A DNA stretch of 64,000 bases from a virus, in IMG/VR virus record IMGVR_UViG_3300036772_000425, positions 74,924 through 138,923 of that record. One strand, 5' to 3'. Both the position numbers and the translations under genes were made by a program. Under the pieces are notes generated by a model. That model was not told where the DNA came from. It saw only the letters and a list, made by a program, of their open reading frames with translations, and searched no databases. Below are positions 56,496 to 64,000 of the stretch, piece after piece; within the stretch, counting starts at the first letter, position 1, and each line of letters starts with the position of its first letter.

Positions 56496-56831
56496 TCATC
56501 GACCACCGTCGGCTGCATCAGGGAGCGCCCAGCGAACGCACGGGCAGCGCTGTTCGTATTCCTGGCGCCAGCGAGAGCACCACTGCTGCGGGTAGGCCCC
56601 GGCGTTGCCGTAGTTCCCAGCGGTGAGATTGTTGGTGCGGGTCTCGGTGCACGTCAACCCCGATGGGCGTTCGGTGCAGGGACCCCGCTCTGCGCAGGTC
56701 GGAGCAGGCGCCGCGGGAACCGAGGGGGTGGCTGCGGTCGACGGCCCGGTGTCGGCCGGCATGTCGCCGCAGCCGACCATGCACGCCAGGACGATGATGG
56801 TGAGGTGAGCGAGGGTGGTACGACTGTCCAT
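56496..56831 (-). CDS. putative Cys-rich lipoprotein
   Basis: Trimmed to ATG 56831 (MDSRTTLAHLTIIVLACMVGCGD...); very GC-rich region, frame uncertain. Confidence 0.35.
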   Translation of the reverse strand: MDSRTTLAHLTIIVLACMVGCGDMPADTGPSTAATPSVPAAPAPTCAERGPCTERPSGLTCTETRTNNLTAGNYGNAGAYPQQWCSRWRQEYEQRCPCVRWALPDAADGGR

Positions 56832-57156
56832 ACTCAGCAGGGTACCACGGATGGGCCCAGGGTTGCACTGCCCAGGATCCGGAAGGTGCACCGGCGTGCC
56901 TGGTGGCCCAACCTCAGCTGTGTCTTCATGCGGGTACGTATGGTCGCCCGGCGGAAAACAGTGCACCGGCAGCAGGGATCCCGCGCGGGTCCGGAATTTC
57001 ACGCGTGATTTGTGTGCATACCCCAAGCGGGAGGCCGCCCGAGACCTTCGACAAAGGTTGCCAGCGGGCCGGGGCGGCCCCCCACCCCCTAGAAGGGGCC
57101 GTTTAGGGGGCCGTCGATGGGGCCCTGTGAGGGGCCCCGGGGCCGGGGCGGCCCGT

Positions 57157-57453
57157 TCAGTACAGCGGGTACTCCACGATCGCCCAGTACGGGCGGGTGG
57201 ACAGTTCCGTCCCCGACCACTCGCAGGGTTCGCCCCCGTCCTCCTCCATGTGCTCGCCCTCCGGCTCGCCGTCGAAGTGGGCGAGCAGCTCGGCGTCCTT
57301 CCGGACCTTCATCGCCTCCACCGTCGCCCGGTCGAGCGACACCATCGCCACCTCCAGGGTGACCCCGCTGCCCATCGACACGTCGCCCTCCAGCTGGAGG
57401 ACGTAGGCGTACTGGGACCCGTTCTTCTTGGTCGACTTCTTGGTGGTTTCCAT
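57157..57453 (-). CDS. small protein of the motif-preceded gene array (starts METTKK)
   Basis: ATG 57453 abuts conserved upstream motif copy 1. Confidence 0.5.
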   Translation of the reverse strand: METTKKSTKKNGSQYAYVLQLEGDVSMGSGVTLEVAMVSLDRATVEAMKVRKDAELLAHFDGEPEGEHMEEDGGEPCEWSGTELSTRPYWAIVEYPLY

Positions 57454-57495
57454 GGTCCTAGTATATCCTCCGCGCATCCGAGGTTTCACAGTCGA
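57454..57495 (-). promoter_or_regulatory. conserved promoter-like motif, copy 1
   Basis: coding strand CTGTGAAACC-N18-GGATATACTAGGACC then ATG. Confidence 0.5.
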
Positions 57496-57499
57496 ACTC

Positions 57500-57796
57500 T
57501 CAGGCGATGGCGGTCGCGGTGACCCGCAGGCGGGTCGTGCGGCCGACGATCCGCTCGTCGACGGAGATGAAGCAGTGGCAGTCGGGCAGGGCGAAGCTGA
57601 GGTCACCGTTGACGTAGCCCTTCGACGCCAGGAACCGGCCCAGCGCGCTCTCCGGGTCGAAGTACGCGACCAGCTTGGTGTACGGGTCGTCCTTCGGGCC
57701 CGTGGTGGTGGAGGACACGGTGGGGGAGGCCTCCAGCAGGGCCGCGATGCGGCAGCCGAGCATGGGGGAGATTGCGGTGTGCTTGTTGGTTTCCAT
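57500..57796 (-). CDS. small protein of the array (starts METNKH)
   Basis: internal Met 93 of ORF 57500..58072 coincides with the motif; ATG GAA ACC. Confidence 0.5.
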   Translation of the reverse strand: METNKHTAISPMLGCRIAALLEASPTVSSTTTGPKDDPYTKLVAYFDPESALGRFLASKGYVNGDLSFALPDCHCFISVDERIVGRTTRLRVTATAIA

Positions 57797-57838
57797 GGTT
57801 CCAGTATAACCCCGACGGGATCCCGGATTCACCGGGAT
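57797..57838 (-). promoter_or_regulatory. conserved promoter-like motif, copy 2
   Basis: GGGATCCCGGTGAATCCGGGATCCC...GGTTATACTGGAACC then ATG; -35-like element sits inside an inverted repeat. Confidence 0.5.
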
Positions 57839-57855
57839 CCCTGTCGAGGCCGGCG

Positions 57856-58167
57856 TCAGACCGCGTAGCGGGAGTTGAAGTCGTCCAGCAGGCTGCGCTC
57901 GGTGCGGACCATGCCGACCTCCCTGAGGTGCGACAGCGTCCGCGTGATCGACAGCGTCAGGGTCAGCGGAGCGGCGGGCGCGTTGCCGCTCATGAGGGTG
58001 ATGAACTCCATGACCACCTCGTTGCGGGGCGTGATCCCCACGACCCTGAGGGTCAGGCGCTCGAAGGTCCACTCGTCCCCCACGTTGAGGTGTTCCTTGT
58101 CCAGGCGGCGTTGGACGCGCTCGGTGAGGACGGGGGCCGTGCGGTTGCAGCTGCAGTTGGTTTCCAT
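57856..58167 (-). CDS. small protein of the array (starts METNCSCN)
   Basis: ATG 58167 abuts motif copy 3. Confidence 0.5.
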   Translation of the reverse strand: METNCSCNRTAPVLTERVQRRLDKEHLNVGDEWTFERLTLRVVGITPRNEVVMEFITLMSGNAPAAPLTLTLSITRTLSHLREVGMVRTERSLLDDFNSRYAV

Positions 58168-58209
58168 GGTCCTAATCTACCAGGATCGGGACCGTGGATT
58201 CACCGACGA
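58168..58209 (-). promoter_or_regulatory. conserved promoter-like motif, copy 3
   Basis: GGTGAATCCACGGTCCC...GGTAGATTAGGACC then ATG. Confidence 0.5.
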
Positions 58210-58356
58210 TTCAGACAGCGTCCAGGAAGCGGACCGCCGCCCGGTGCACCCGGTAGTCGTGGGGGCGCAGGGCCTCGCCCCTCTCGGAGGCGGAGATGAC
58301 CTGGTCCAGCGCATGGAGGGCGACGTTCCGCAGGAAGGAGATGATGAGGTGTTCCA
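58177..58356 (-). CDS. small protein of the array (59 aa, MEHLIISFLRNV...)
   Basis: ATG 58356 abuts motif copy 4; TAG stop lies inside the next motif; below the ORF-track cutoff. Confidence 0.4.
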   Translation of the reverse strand, partial: WNTSSSPSCGTSPSMRWTRSSPPPRGARPCAPTTTGCTGRRSASWTLSESSVNPRSRSW

Positions 58357-58398
58357 TGGTGTCCAGTCTACCTTCCGCGCATCCGAGGTTTCACAGCG
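58357..58398 (-). promoter_or_regulatory. conserved promoter-like motif, copy 4
   Basis: TGTGAAACC...GGTAGACTGGACACC then ATG. Confidence 0.45.
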
Positions 58399-58592
58399 TT
58401 CCGAGGGCCAGGCTGACGACCCAGAGCCACAGCACCGTCGCCAGCACGGTGGCGAGGGCGGTCAGTTCATCGTGCTCGACCGAGCGGTCGATCCGGACCA
58501 GCGTACCCTTCAGCATGTCCCATCCTACCTTCTGCGTGCCCCCGGATTCACCCTTGAGAATCCGGGAGGGCTGGGAGGTTTAACCCCTCAGA

Positions 58593-58898
58593 TCAGAGCT
58601 CGCCGCACTCGGTGACCGCACCGGAGCCCTGGACCAGCTCGCGGGGAGCGTGGCATCCCCACACCTTCCGCGACGGGCGGGCGGCGGGGGCGACCGGGCG
58701 TTGGCCGACGATGACCATGTTCCCCATGACCTGGACGGGAGCGACCGGCGCCTGGACCGCCGCCGCGACCGGGCGGTGGGTGACGGGCGCCTCGGCTGCC
58801 GCGACCGGGGTGGGTGCGGCGAAGGCGAGGAAGGCGAAGGACGCCGTGGCGATCAGGGAGAGGACGGTGCCGAGAACCTGCTTGGTGGTGGTCTTCAT
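58593..58898 (-). CDS. small secreted protein of the array (signal peptide MKTTTKQVLGTVLSLIATASFAFLAFA)
   Basis: internal Met 118 of ORF 58593..59249 coincides with motif copy 5. Confidence 0.5.
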   Translation of the reverse strand: MKTTTKQVLGTVLSLIATASFAFLAFAAPTPVAAAEAPVTHRPVAAAVQAPVAPVQVMGNMVIVGQRPVAPAARPSRKVWGCHAPRELVQGSGAVTECGEL

Positions 58899-58940
58899 GG
58901 TATCAGTATACCTCCGTTGGGATGGGGTTTTCACTGGGAA
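58899..58940 (-). promoter_or_regulatory. conserved promoter-like motif, copy 5
   Basis: AGTGAAAACC...GGTATACTGATACC then ATG. Confidence 0.45.
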
Positions 58941-58968
58941 ACTTGGGGGCGCTCGGTGCGGACCATGC

Positions 58969-59391
58969 TCACTGCCAGTACTCCCACCCGGTGAGGTCCT
59001 TCGTGGACACCATCCACCCGCCGGGGGTGCTGGGGATGAAGAGGAGCGGGTACACCGTGTCGCCGGGCACGTACTGGGTGGGCCCGTGGGGTGAGACGCA
59101 GCAATCCTCGTTCTCTGCCCACCAACCGATGAGGACGGCGTCCTCAGATCGGGTGTTGAAGATGAGGAACTTGGGTTCGCTGTCATCGAACCAGGTGTCC
59201 TGAGCCTCGTGGACGATCCCACGGAGCAGGAGGTACGGGCACCAGTCACCCTCCTCGTTGACGGTGAATGCGCCGTAGGTGTCCGGGATGACCGGATGGG
59301 CGAAGAGGTGGGTCACCGTGACGGGTCCCGGGTTGAGGGAATCCGGGGTGATGGAAGAGTTGATGAGGGCCTGAGCTGCGGTGGTGTCCAT
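58969..59391 (-). CDS. small protein of the array (starts MDTT)
   Basis: ATG 59391 abuts motif copy 6. Confidence 0.5.
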   Translation of the reverse strand: MDTTAAQALINSSITPDSLNPGPVTVTHLFAHPVIPDTYGAFTVNEEGDWCPYLLLRGIVHEAQDTWFDDSEPKFLIFNTRSEDAVLIGWWAENEDCCVSPHGPTQYVPGDTVYPLLFIPSTPGGWMVSTKDLTGWEYWQ

Positions 59392-59433
59392 GGTCCTAAT
59401 CTACCACGAATGGGATCCCGGATTCACCGGGAT
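59392..59433 (-). promoter_or_regulatory. conserved promoter-like motif, copy 6
   Basis: GGGATCCCGGTGAATCCGGGATCCC...GGTAGATTAGGACC then ATG. Confidence 0.5.
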
Positions 59434-59447
59434 CCCATTGGGAGGTC

Positions 59448-59810
59448 CTAGGCCCGGGCGCACCTACGACCGGCGGGCGTCAGGGAGTACGTCAGGCGAC
59501 CCGTGGAGGTGCGCCCGGTGATCCTCACCAGCCCGTTGACGATGACGGAGTAGCGCGCCTCGTCGTGGAACCCTCGGGGCCCACCGTCGTGCATCCTCCG
59601 GAAGTAGCACCGGTTGGAGTCGCCCGACAGCTCCGGGTTCACCCTCCCCATGATCTCCAACCGGGTGCTCCCGGGGTGGGAGAGGAGGTCCTCACAGATC
59701 GACTTCATCTTGGGGGACCGGTGCTGGAGACCCCTCGGGAGACTCCTCCGGTGCTCGAGCGCGGGGTGGGAGAGGTAATTCGAAGGGGTGATGGGGGTGT
59801 TGGTGTCCAT
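59448..59810 (-). CDS. small protein of the array (starts MDTN)
   Basis: ATG 59810 abuts motif copy 7. Confidence 0.5.
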   Translation of the reverse strand: MDTNTPITPSNYLSHPALEHRRSLPRGLQHRSPKMKSICEDLLSHPGSTRLEIMGRVNPELSGDSNRCYFRRMHDGGPRGFHDEARYSVIVNGLVRITGRTSTGRLTYSLTPAGRRCARA

Positions 59811-59852
59811 GGGTCCAATCTACCTCAGATGGGATCCGGGATTCACTCCTGA
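59811..59852 (-). promoter_or_regulatory. conserved promoter-like motif, copy 7
   Basis: AGTGAATCCCGGATCCC...GGTAGATTGGACCC then ATG. Confidence 0.5.
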
Positions 59853-60070
59853 TCCAGGTCGATCAGCTGCCCAACCACCGTCACCGTGTACTCGACGCGC
59901 AGGTTGGGCGCCGTCGGGTGGTGGTTGAACATGGTGAAGCTGGCGACCTCACCGGTGGGGGTCTGCACCGTCGTCGGTTCATGGTCGCTCGAGTCGGTGT
60001 CGACCGGGATCCGGTGCTGGGAGAACGCGTTGATGATCTGCTGGGCGATCAGGGTGGGCTTGATTTCCAT
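59843..60070 (-). CDS. small protein of the array (starts MEIK)
   Basis: ATG 60070 abuts motif copy 8. Confidence 0.5.
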   Translation of the reverse strand: MEIKPTLIAQQIINAFSQHRIPVDTDSSDHEPTTVQTPTGEVASFTMFNHHPTAPNLRVEYTVTVVGQLIDLDQE

Positions 60071-60112
60071 GGTCCTAGTCTACCACAACCGGGACCATGG
60101 ATTCACCCCGAT
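60071..60112 (-). promoter_or_regulatory. conserved promoter-like motif, copy 8
   Basis: GGTGAATCCATGGTCCCGG...GGTAGACTAGGACC then ATG. Confidence 0.5.
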
Positions 60113-60113
60113 G

Positions 60114-60317
60114 TCAGCGGGGGAGGCTGCGCACCCGCTTCAGGATGGCGGCGATCTCCCCGTACGCCTTGTTCCAGTCCTCGGCGTTGAGGCCCTGATC
60201 GTCCAGCGCGGAGATCACCTGCGTTGCGGCACCCTCCGCGTACTGCAGCTTCTCCTCCACGTCGGCGGCGGCCTCACGGCGTTGCGTCAGCAGGTCGGTC
60301 TTCTTGGTTCCAGGCAT
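60114..60317 (-). CDS. small protein of the array (MPGTKKTDLL...)
   Basis: internal Met 20 coincides with the variant motif GGTACAACCGATCATG. Confidence 0.45.
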   Translation of the reverse strand: MPGTKKTDLLTQRREAAADVEEKLQYAEGAATQVISALDDQGLNAEDWNKAYGEIAAILKRVRSLPR

Positions 60318-60359
60318 GATCGGTTGTACCTCAGATGGGGGTTTGGGTTCACCCGGTGA
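60318..60359 (-). promoter_or_regulatory. conserved promoter-like motif, copy 9 (variant)
   Basis: GGTGAACCC...GGTACAACCGATC then ATG. Confidence 0.4.
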
Positions 60360-60627
60360 CGGGTTGAGCTTCACCGAGCCAGCGCATCTGCAGCGAGAAC
60401 ATCTCCTCGTCGGTCATCTGCTGGTCACCTCCCAAGCACTCCGGGCACGTCCAGAGGCGGAGGTCCAGGCCGTGTTCGCAGCAGGAGCACACCTGGTCGA
60501 ACGGGTCCACGTGGATGTCGGAACCGGAGCCCAGCTCCTTCTCCGACATGGCGAAGAGGCCGAAGAGCTCACGCTCCTCGTCGTTGGACAGGACGGTGAG
60601 CTTGCAGTTGGGGCACTTGGTGTCCAT
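60349..60627 (-). CDS. small Zn-ribbon-like protein of the array (CPNC...CPEC)
   Basis: ATG 60627 abuts motif copy 10. Confidence 0.5.
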   Translation of the reverse strand: MDTKCPNCKLTVLSNDEERELFGLFAMSEKELGSGSDIHVDPFDQVCSCCEHGLDLRLWTCPECLGGDQQMTDEEMFSLQMRWLGEAQPVTG

Positions 60628-60669
60628 GGTCCTAGTCTACCTCGGTTGCAGAACGGGTTTCACCCTCGA
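60628..60669 (-). promoter_or_regulatory. conserved promoter-like motif, copy 10
   Basis: GGTGAAACCC...GGTAGACTAGGACC then ATG. Confidence 0.5.
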
Positions 60670-60692
60670 GCGGGCGCTCGGCACGCGTGTCC

Positions 60693-60887
60693 CTAGGGCT
60701 GTGCCATCATCTGGAGGCACTCCGTCCAGGCGTGTCTGTACGCCCGAACCTCGGACGTGCTGGGTGCATGGCCCAGGGCACGGGTTGCGGCCTCCCAATC
60801 GGGCGTCTCCGAATCGTTCCCGGCTCCGATGGACGCATCGTGCGCCGTCCGTTCCAGGAGACGCTTCACTGCGGGGGTGATTTCCAT
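60693..60887 (-). CDS. small protein of the array (starts MEIT)
   Basis: ATG 60887 abuts motif copy 11. Confidence 0.5.
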   Translation of the reverse strand: MEITPAVKRLLERTAHDASIGAGNDSETPDWEAATRALGHAPSTSEVRAYRHAWTECLQMMAQP

Positions 60888-60929
60888 GGGACCAGTCTAC
60901 CCCTTTCGAACCCGATCATTCACCGGTGC
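60888..60929 (-). promoter_or_regulatory. conserved promoter-like motif, copy 11
   Basis: GGTGAATGATCGGG...GGTAGACTGGTCCC then ATG. Confidence 0.45.
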
Positions 60930-61067
60930 CAGCCTGACGATCTCGCCCCGCTGCGTCCGGACCATCGCCACCGTCAGCTCGTAGGTCAGGTGGGACCTGA
61001 CCACGATGCGCTCCTGGGTGCCCGGGGAGCGGGTGAAGATGACCTCGAAGGGTTGGAAGGTGTTCAT
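60897..61067 (-). CDS. small protein of the array (MNTFQPFEV...)
   Basis: internal Met 32 coincides with a variant motif. Confidence 0.45.
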   Translation of the reverse strand: MNTFQPFEVIFTRSPGTQERIVVRSHLTYELTVAMVRTQRGEIVRLAPVNDRVRKG

Positions 61068-61109
61068 GATCCTGTTGTACCCTGGATGATGGGTTGGGTT
61101 CACCCCTGC
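61068..61109 (-). promoter_or_regulatory. conserved promoter-like motif, copy 12 (variant)
   Basis: GGTGAACCCAACCC...GGTACAACAGGATC then ATG. Confidence 0.4.
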
Positions 61110-61513
61110 GGATGGACGCCGTCGTTGAAGCTGTGGAACATCACGCCGCCGATCACCCACCGCGGGTTCGCAGGAGCGTACGCTCGCCAGTCGCTGCGGG
61201 TCCGGCGGGTGAACTCGGTCCGTGCATGGAAGGTGACGATGTCGTCACGGTCCGCAGCGATGGTGGCGATCAGGTCCTCCGTGGTGACCGAGCCCATGTC
61301 CAGCAGCACCTTCAGGTGCCCCGCCGGGCACCAGTACCCGTCCGCGGTCAGGACCTGGACGGTGCCCACCTCGTCCACCAGTGCATCCACCACCGTGGAG
61401 GAGCGCCCGGCGGTCGGACCGGTGACCTGCCTGACGCGCTTGCCGATGAGCTGTTCTGACTCCTCGGAGATCATGACCTCGATGCCGCCGACGACCTTGG
61501 TGTTCGTGTTCAT
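61100..61513 (-). CDS. small protein of the array (starts MNTNTK)
   Basis: ATG 61513 abuts motif copy 13. Confidence 0.5.
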   Translation of the reverse strand: MNTNTKVVGGIEVMISEESEQLIGKRVRQVTGPTAGRSSTVVDALVDEVGTVQVLTADGYWCPAGHLKVLLDMGSVTTEDLIATIAADRDDIVTFHARTEFTRRTRSDWRAYAPANPRWVIGGVMFHSFNDGVHPQG

Positions 61514-61555
61514 GGTCCTACTCTACCCAGGATGGGATCAGGGTTTCACGGTGTG
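61514..61555 (-). promoter_or_regulatory. conserved promoter-like motif, copy 13
   Basis: GTGAAACCCTGATCCC...GGTAGAGTAGGACC then ATG. Confidence 0.45.
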
Positions 61556-61813
61556 ATTGCCACCGCACACGTAGCACATGGAACCGGGTCCGGCAGGGAG
61601 GCGGCACGAGCACTCGCGTTCCTGGAAACCGGGAGCCACGTACCTGAAGGGCATGCTGAAGTGGGCGGACCGCAGCTCCACGCCCACCCGGTCTGGGGCA
61701 CCCTCCATGGGCTCCACCGTGATCTCGATGCTGTGGATGTCCGATCCGGGGTACCGGACCTTGTGCTCTTCGATGATCGCCCGGGCCCGTTCCAGCATGG
61801 TGTCGGTGTGCAT
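61538..61813 (-). CDS. small Cys-containing protein of the array
   Basis: ATG 61813 abuts motif copy 14. Confidence 0.5.
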   Translation of the reverse strand: MHTDTMLERARAIIEEHKVRYPGSDIHSIEITVEPMEGAPDRVGVELRSAHFSMPFRYVAPGFQERECSCRLPAGPGSMCYVCGGNHTVKP

Positions 61814-61855
61814 GGTACCAGTCTACCCCGGTTGCGGTTCAGATTTCACCGCGTC
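61814..61855 (-). promoter_or_regulatory. conserved promoter-like motif, copy 14
   Basis: GGTGAAATCTGAACC...GGTAGACTGGTACC then ATG. Confidence 0.45.
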
Positions 61856-62301
61856 CTGAGGAGCGCCTGCGCGGCCGTCACCCGGCGGCACAGGTCCTGC
61901 TCCCGACCCGTGAAGTGGTGCCGGGTGGAGATCCGCAGCTCCTTCCCGCAGTGCGGGCAGGAACGCGTGTACGGCGAGGCGCTGGAGAGCTCGATCACCT
62001 CCAGCGCCAGGAGGTCTCCCAGGTTCGGGTTGAAGGTCCGGTAGGCTCCGGGCGTCCCGGCTGCGTTGTCACGTTCGTTGACGATCAGGGTGAAGACCAC
62101 CTCACCCCGGGAGGTGAACCACAGCGACGACAGCGCGCCGGTGAAGTGGTGCCGGCTGATCCCCTCCGCCTCCGCGCGCTTCGCCTGCTGCTGGGCCAAC
62201 GGGGTCGCCGGGCGTCCGGCCAGGTAGGAGACGAAGAGCTCTGAGCCCGGGGGGACGTGCCGCAGCTTCAGGAAGGCATCGACGGGGCTGATGGTGTCCA
62301 T
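61846..62301 (-). CDS. small protein of the array with internal RHHFTG duplication
   Basis: ATG 62301 abuts motif copy 15. Confidence 0.5.
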   Translation of the reverse strand: MDTISPVDAFLKLRHVPPGSELFVSYLAGRPATPLAQQQAKRAEAEGISRHHFTGALSSLWFTSRGEVVFTLIVNERDNAAGTPGAYRTFNPNLGDLLALEVIELSSASPYTRSCPHCGKELRISTRHHFTGREQDLCRRVTAAQALLRTR

Positions 62302-62343
62302 GGGTCCAATCTACCTCCTTTGGGCCCTGCGCTTCACCCTAGA
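62302..62343 (-). promoter_or_regulatory. conserved promoter-like motif, copy 15
   Basis: GGTGAAGCGCAGGGCCC...GGTAGATTGGACCC then ATG. Confidence 0.45.
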
Positions 62344-62623
62344 ACCGGAGCCTGCCGCTGGCGGGCGGCCACGACGCGAACTGTCCCTCTTCCAACCAGC
62401 GATCCACCGCCTCCGGCGTCAGGCGACGGGCCGTGTCGCGCCAGTGCGCCAGCAGGACGAAGTCCACGACCTGGTCGGCCGTCTTCGGTGCGGGGCTCCA
62501 GGGACGGACGGTGGCACGGATGGCGTACGATCCGTCGACGGCAGGGTCAGACTCCAGCAGCAGCTCCTGCACCTGCAACCCAGTGTACAGTTCCACGCCC
62601 AGCTTGATGGTGTCCTTGATCAT
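62339..62623 (-). CDS. small protein of the array (starts MIKDT)
   Basis: ATG 62623 abuts the variant motif GGTACAACAGATCATG. Confidence 0.5.
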   Translation of the reverse strand: MIKDTIKLGVELYTGLQVQELLLESDPAVDGSYAIRATVRPWSPAPKTADQVVDFVLLAHWRDTARRLTPEAVDRWLEEGQFASWPPASGRLRF

Positions 62624-62665
62624 GATCTGTTGTACCTCAGATGGGGGTAGGGTTTCACTCAGGCC
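62624..62665 (-). promoter_or_regulatory. conserved promoter-like motif, copy 16 (variant)
   Basis: AGTGAAACCCTACCCCC...GGTACAACAGATC then ATG. Confidence 0.4.
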
Positions 62666-62825
62666 TGATGTCAGCGAGCGCGATGCCGATCACCTCATCG
62701 CAGACACCGCTGCACCGGAGCAGTTCCTTGATCTCAGCTGCCGAACTGTCGGCGTCTGCGTGCTTGGCGATCAGGTCGTATGCCCTGGAGAGCTCCGCGG
62801 CGAGCTCGACACGCGTGCTAGACAT
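62655..62825 (-). CDS. possible translationally coupled small ORF (56 aa)
   Basis: ATG overlaps the TAG stop of the upstream gene (ATGTCTAG); no motif of its own. Confidence 0.25.
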   Translation of the reverse strand: MSSTRVELAAELSRAYDLIAKHADADSSAAEIKELLRCSGVCDEVIGIALADIRPE

Positions 62826-63144
62826 CGAGGTACACCACCAGGTTCTGCTTGCACAGCTTCCGGGACGAGAAGATGATGTACCCGTCCTGGGCCTCCACCC
62901 CCTTCGACGCCTGGAGCTCCCGCAGCACCTTGGTCACCTCCACGTCCGAGACGTCACGGTCCTCGTAGGCGTAGCCACGTTCCTTGTCGGCCGCCGCGCG
63001 CTTGTCAGCGCGGACGAAGTACCGGCCCTTGCACCCGCACATGCAGGCGTGCTTCCCACGGTACGCCTTCAGGATCTGCTCCGGCCTGATGGCCTGGAGA
63101 ACGCTGTGGGGGACGGGACCTGCCGGGATGGTGTTGGTTTCCAT
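62818..63144 (-). CDS. small Cys-rich protein of the array (starts METNTIPAG)
   Basis: ATG 63144 abuts motif copy 17. Confidence 0.5.
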   Translation of the reverse strand: METNTIPAGPVPHSVLQAIRPEQILKAYRGKHACMCGCKGRYFVRADKRAAADKERGYAYEDRDVSDVEVTKVLRELQASKGVEAQDGYIIFSSRKLCKQNLVVYLDV

Positions 63145-63186
63145 GGTTCTAGTCTACACCTTGGGTTCCTTGGGTTTCACCGCGAT
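63145..63186 (-). promoter_or_regulatory. conserved promoter-like motif, copy 17
   Basis: GGTGAAACCCAAGG...GGTGTAGACTAGAACC then ATG. Confidence 0.45.
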
Positions 63187-63405
63187 CGGGACCATGTGGA
63201 GGCCACGCTTGATCGCCTCCGCTTCTACGTGCGGGAGCCAACGGGTGACGTTGCGGAAGAAGATGTCGCGCTGGGGCACGCCGTCGATGTCCGGACACTC
63301 AGTCCAGATCTCATCGAACTGCCCCTCCCACGCCATCTTCAGGCCGGTGTGGCCCAGCGTCACGGACTCCCTCAGGGTCTCATCATCCAGGTCGGAGGTT
63401 GCCAT
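63154..63405 (-). CDS. small protein of the array (starts MATSDLDDE)
   Basis: ATG 63405 abuts motif copy 18. Confidence 0.5.
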   Translation of the reverse strand: MATSDLDDETLRESVTLGHTGLKMAWEGQFDEIWTECPDIDGVPQRDIFFRNVTRWLPHVEAEAIKRGLHMVPIAVKPKEPKV

Positions 63406-63447
63406 GAGTTCCAGGGTACCTCCAATGCCCTCACAGCTTCACCCACG
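63406..63447 (-). promoter_or_regulatory. conserved promoter-like motif, copy 18
   Basis: GGTGAAGCTGTGAGG...GGAGGTACCCTGGAACTC then ATG. Confidence 0.4.
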
Positions 63448-63476
63448 TTTATTCGATGGGCCGGTGTCCGTGGCTC

Positions 63477-63995
63477 CTACCCCTCGACGACCTCGATTTC
63501 AAAGTCCATCAGCATCAGCCGGCGCCCCGATGCATCCTGCACGTAGTAGCAGACGACGGGGCAGTCAGCGCCCGGGTTCGTTGGGACGTAGGCGATGGGG
63601 GTGCCGCCCAGCGCGTTCACCTTCACGTCGCACCCGTCCTCGACCAGGTTGCCCACCACGATGCCCAGGAACCCCACGTCCTCCGGGCCCGGGTGCAGCT
63701 CGCGGCCGCAGAACCCGTTGGGGTCGACGTTGGTGCACCGGACGACGGTCCCGTACCGGTGAACCCGGGTGATCTCCAGGCCGCAGCCCCGCGCATGCTT
63801 GCTGTCCAGGTACGCCTCGCCGTACTCCTTGACGGGGTTGACGAAGCGCCTGCTGGTGGCGTCGAACTGGGGCTCGGTGATGCACACCCCGTCGAACATG
63901 AAACCCTCCCCGTCCTCGGAGGCCTCGCAGTCGCAGTCACTGACCCGGCGGGCATCGCAGAAGAAGCACCGCTTCTGGTTGGTGTTGGTTTCCAT
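63477..63995 (-). CDS. Cys-rich protein of the array (starts METNTNQKRCFFCD)
   Basis: ATG 63995 followed by CCATGG at the window edge, so the motif is truncated. Confidence 0.5.
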   Translation of the reverse strand: METNTNQKRCFFCDARRVSDCDCEASEDGEGFMFDGVCITEPQFDATSRRFVNPVKEYGEAYLDSKHARGCGLEITRVHRYGTVVRCTNVDPNGFCGRELHPGPEDVGFLGIVVGNLVEDGCDVKVNALGGTPIAYVPTNPGADCPVVCYYVQDASGRRLMLMDFEIEVVEG

Positions 63996-64000
63996 GGTCA

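Noticed and set aside
54960-57100. Numerous overlapping ORFs in all six frames (for example 55537..56034, 55635..56270, 56283..57008)
   Set aside because: This stretch is roughly 70% GC, so long ORFs arise by chance in every frame. Only the GNAT motif, the lipoprotein signal and the bL12 CTD gave frame-specific support, and the rest were left unannotated.
57157-64000. Possible CRISPR array, because of the regularly repeated ~42-bp element
   Set aside because: The repeat-to-repeat spacing is 230-460 bp and each interval is a coding ORF starting right at the repeat. The repeats are degenerate rather than identical, and no cas genes are present. Interpreted as promoter/start-associated motifs.

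Overview
Hand annotation of a 64-kb window with about 60% GC; tRNA and promoter coordinates are derived by hand from the sequence and are approximate (+/-3 nt). The window looks like part of a large, possibly actinobacteriophage-like, phage genome. (1) 20..6900, + strand: a Gly/Ser-rich tail-fibre-like gene with a LamG-like lectin signature, followed by three tandem paralogous fibre/receptor-binding-like genes. (2) 7100..47300, almost all minus strand: a very large tRNA gene array of about 50 canonical cloverleaf tRNAs plus about 13 aberrant tRNA-like elements in four clusters, with full isoacceptor sets for Gly, Ser, Arg, Leu, Pro, Ala, Val, Thr, Gln and Lys. Genes between the tRNAs include three RNA-ligase-family nucleotidyltransferases (Rnl1-like, minimal KxDG..EGxVxK ligase, Rnl2-like), an ATP-dependent DNA ligase, peptidyl-tRNA hydrolase Pth2, an RF2-like release factor with a CUU-UGA-C +1 programmed frameshift, a NADAR domain protein, Cys-based and HD phosphoesterases, a cytidylyltransferase-fold enzyme, dNMP kinase, a sigma-70 factor, a MoxR AAA+ ATPase, a VWA/HExxH protein, a protein-kinase-like gene, and six HNH-family or PD-(D/E)XK putative homing endonucleases. 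(3) 46100..57100: cupin, glycosyltransferase and pyruvyl-transferase genes, then a bL12-CTD-containing protein and a GNAT acetyltransferase, the last two lying in a very GC-rich, frame-ambiguous stretch. (4) 57150..64000: about 19 small minus-strand genes, each directly preceded by the same ~42-bp promoter-like motif (GTGAAnCC-N18-GGTAGAyTAGGACC-ATG), several beginning ATG GAA ACC. No CRISPR, integrase or rRNA was seen. Anticodon calls are tentative.
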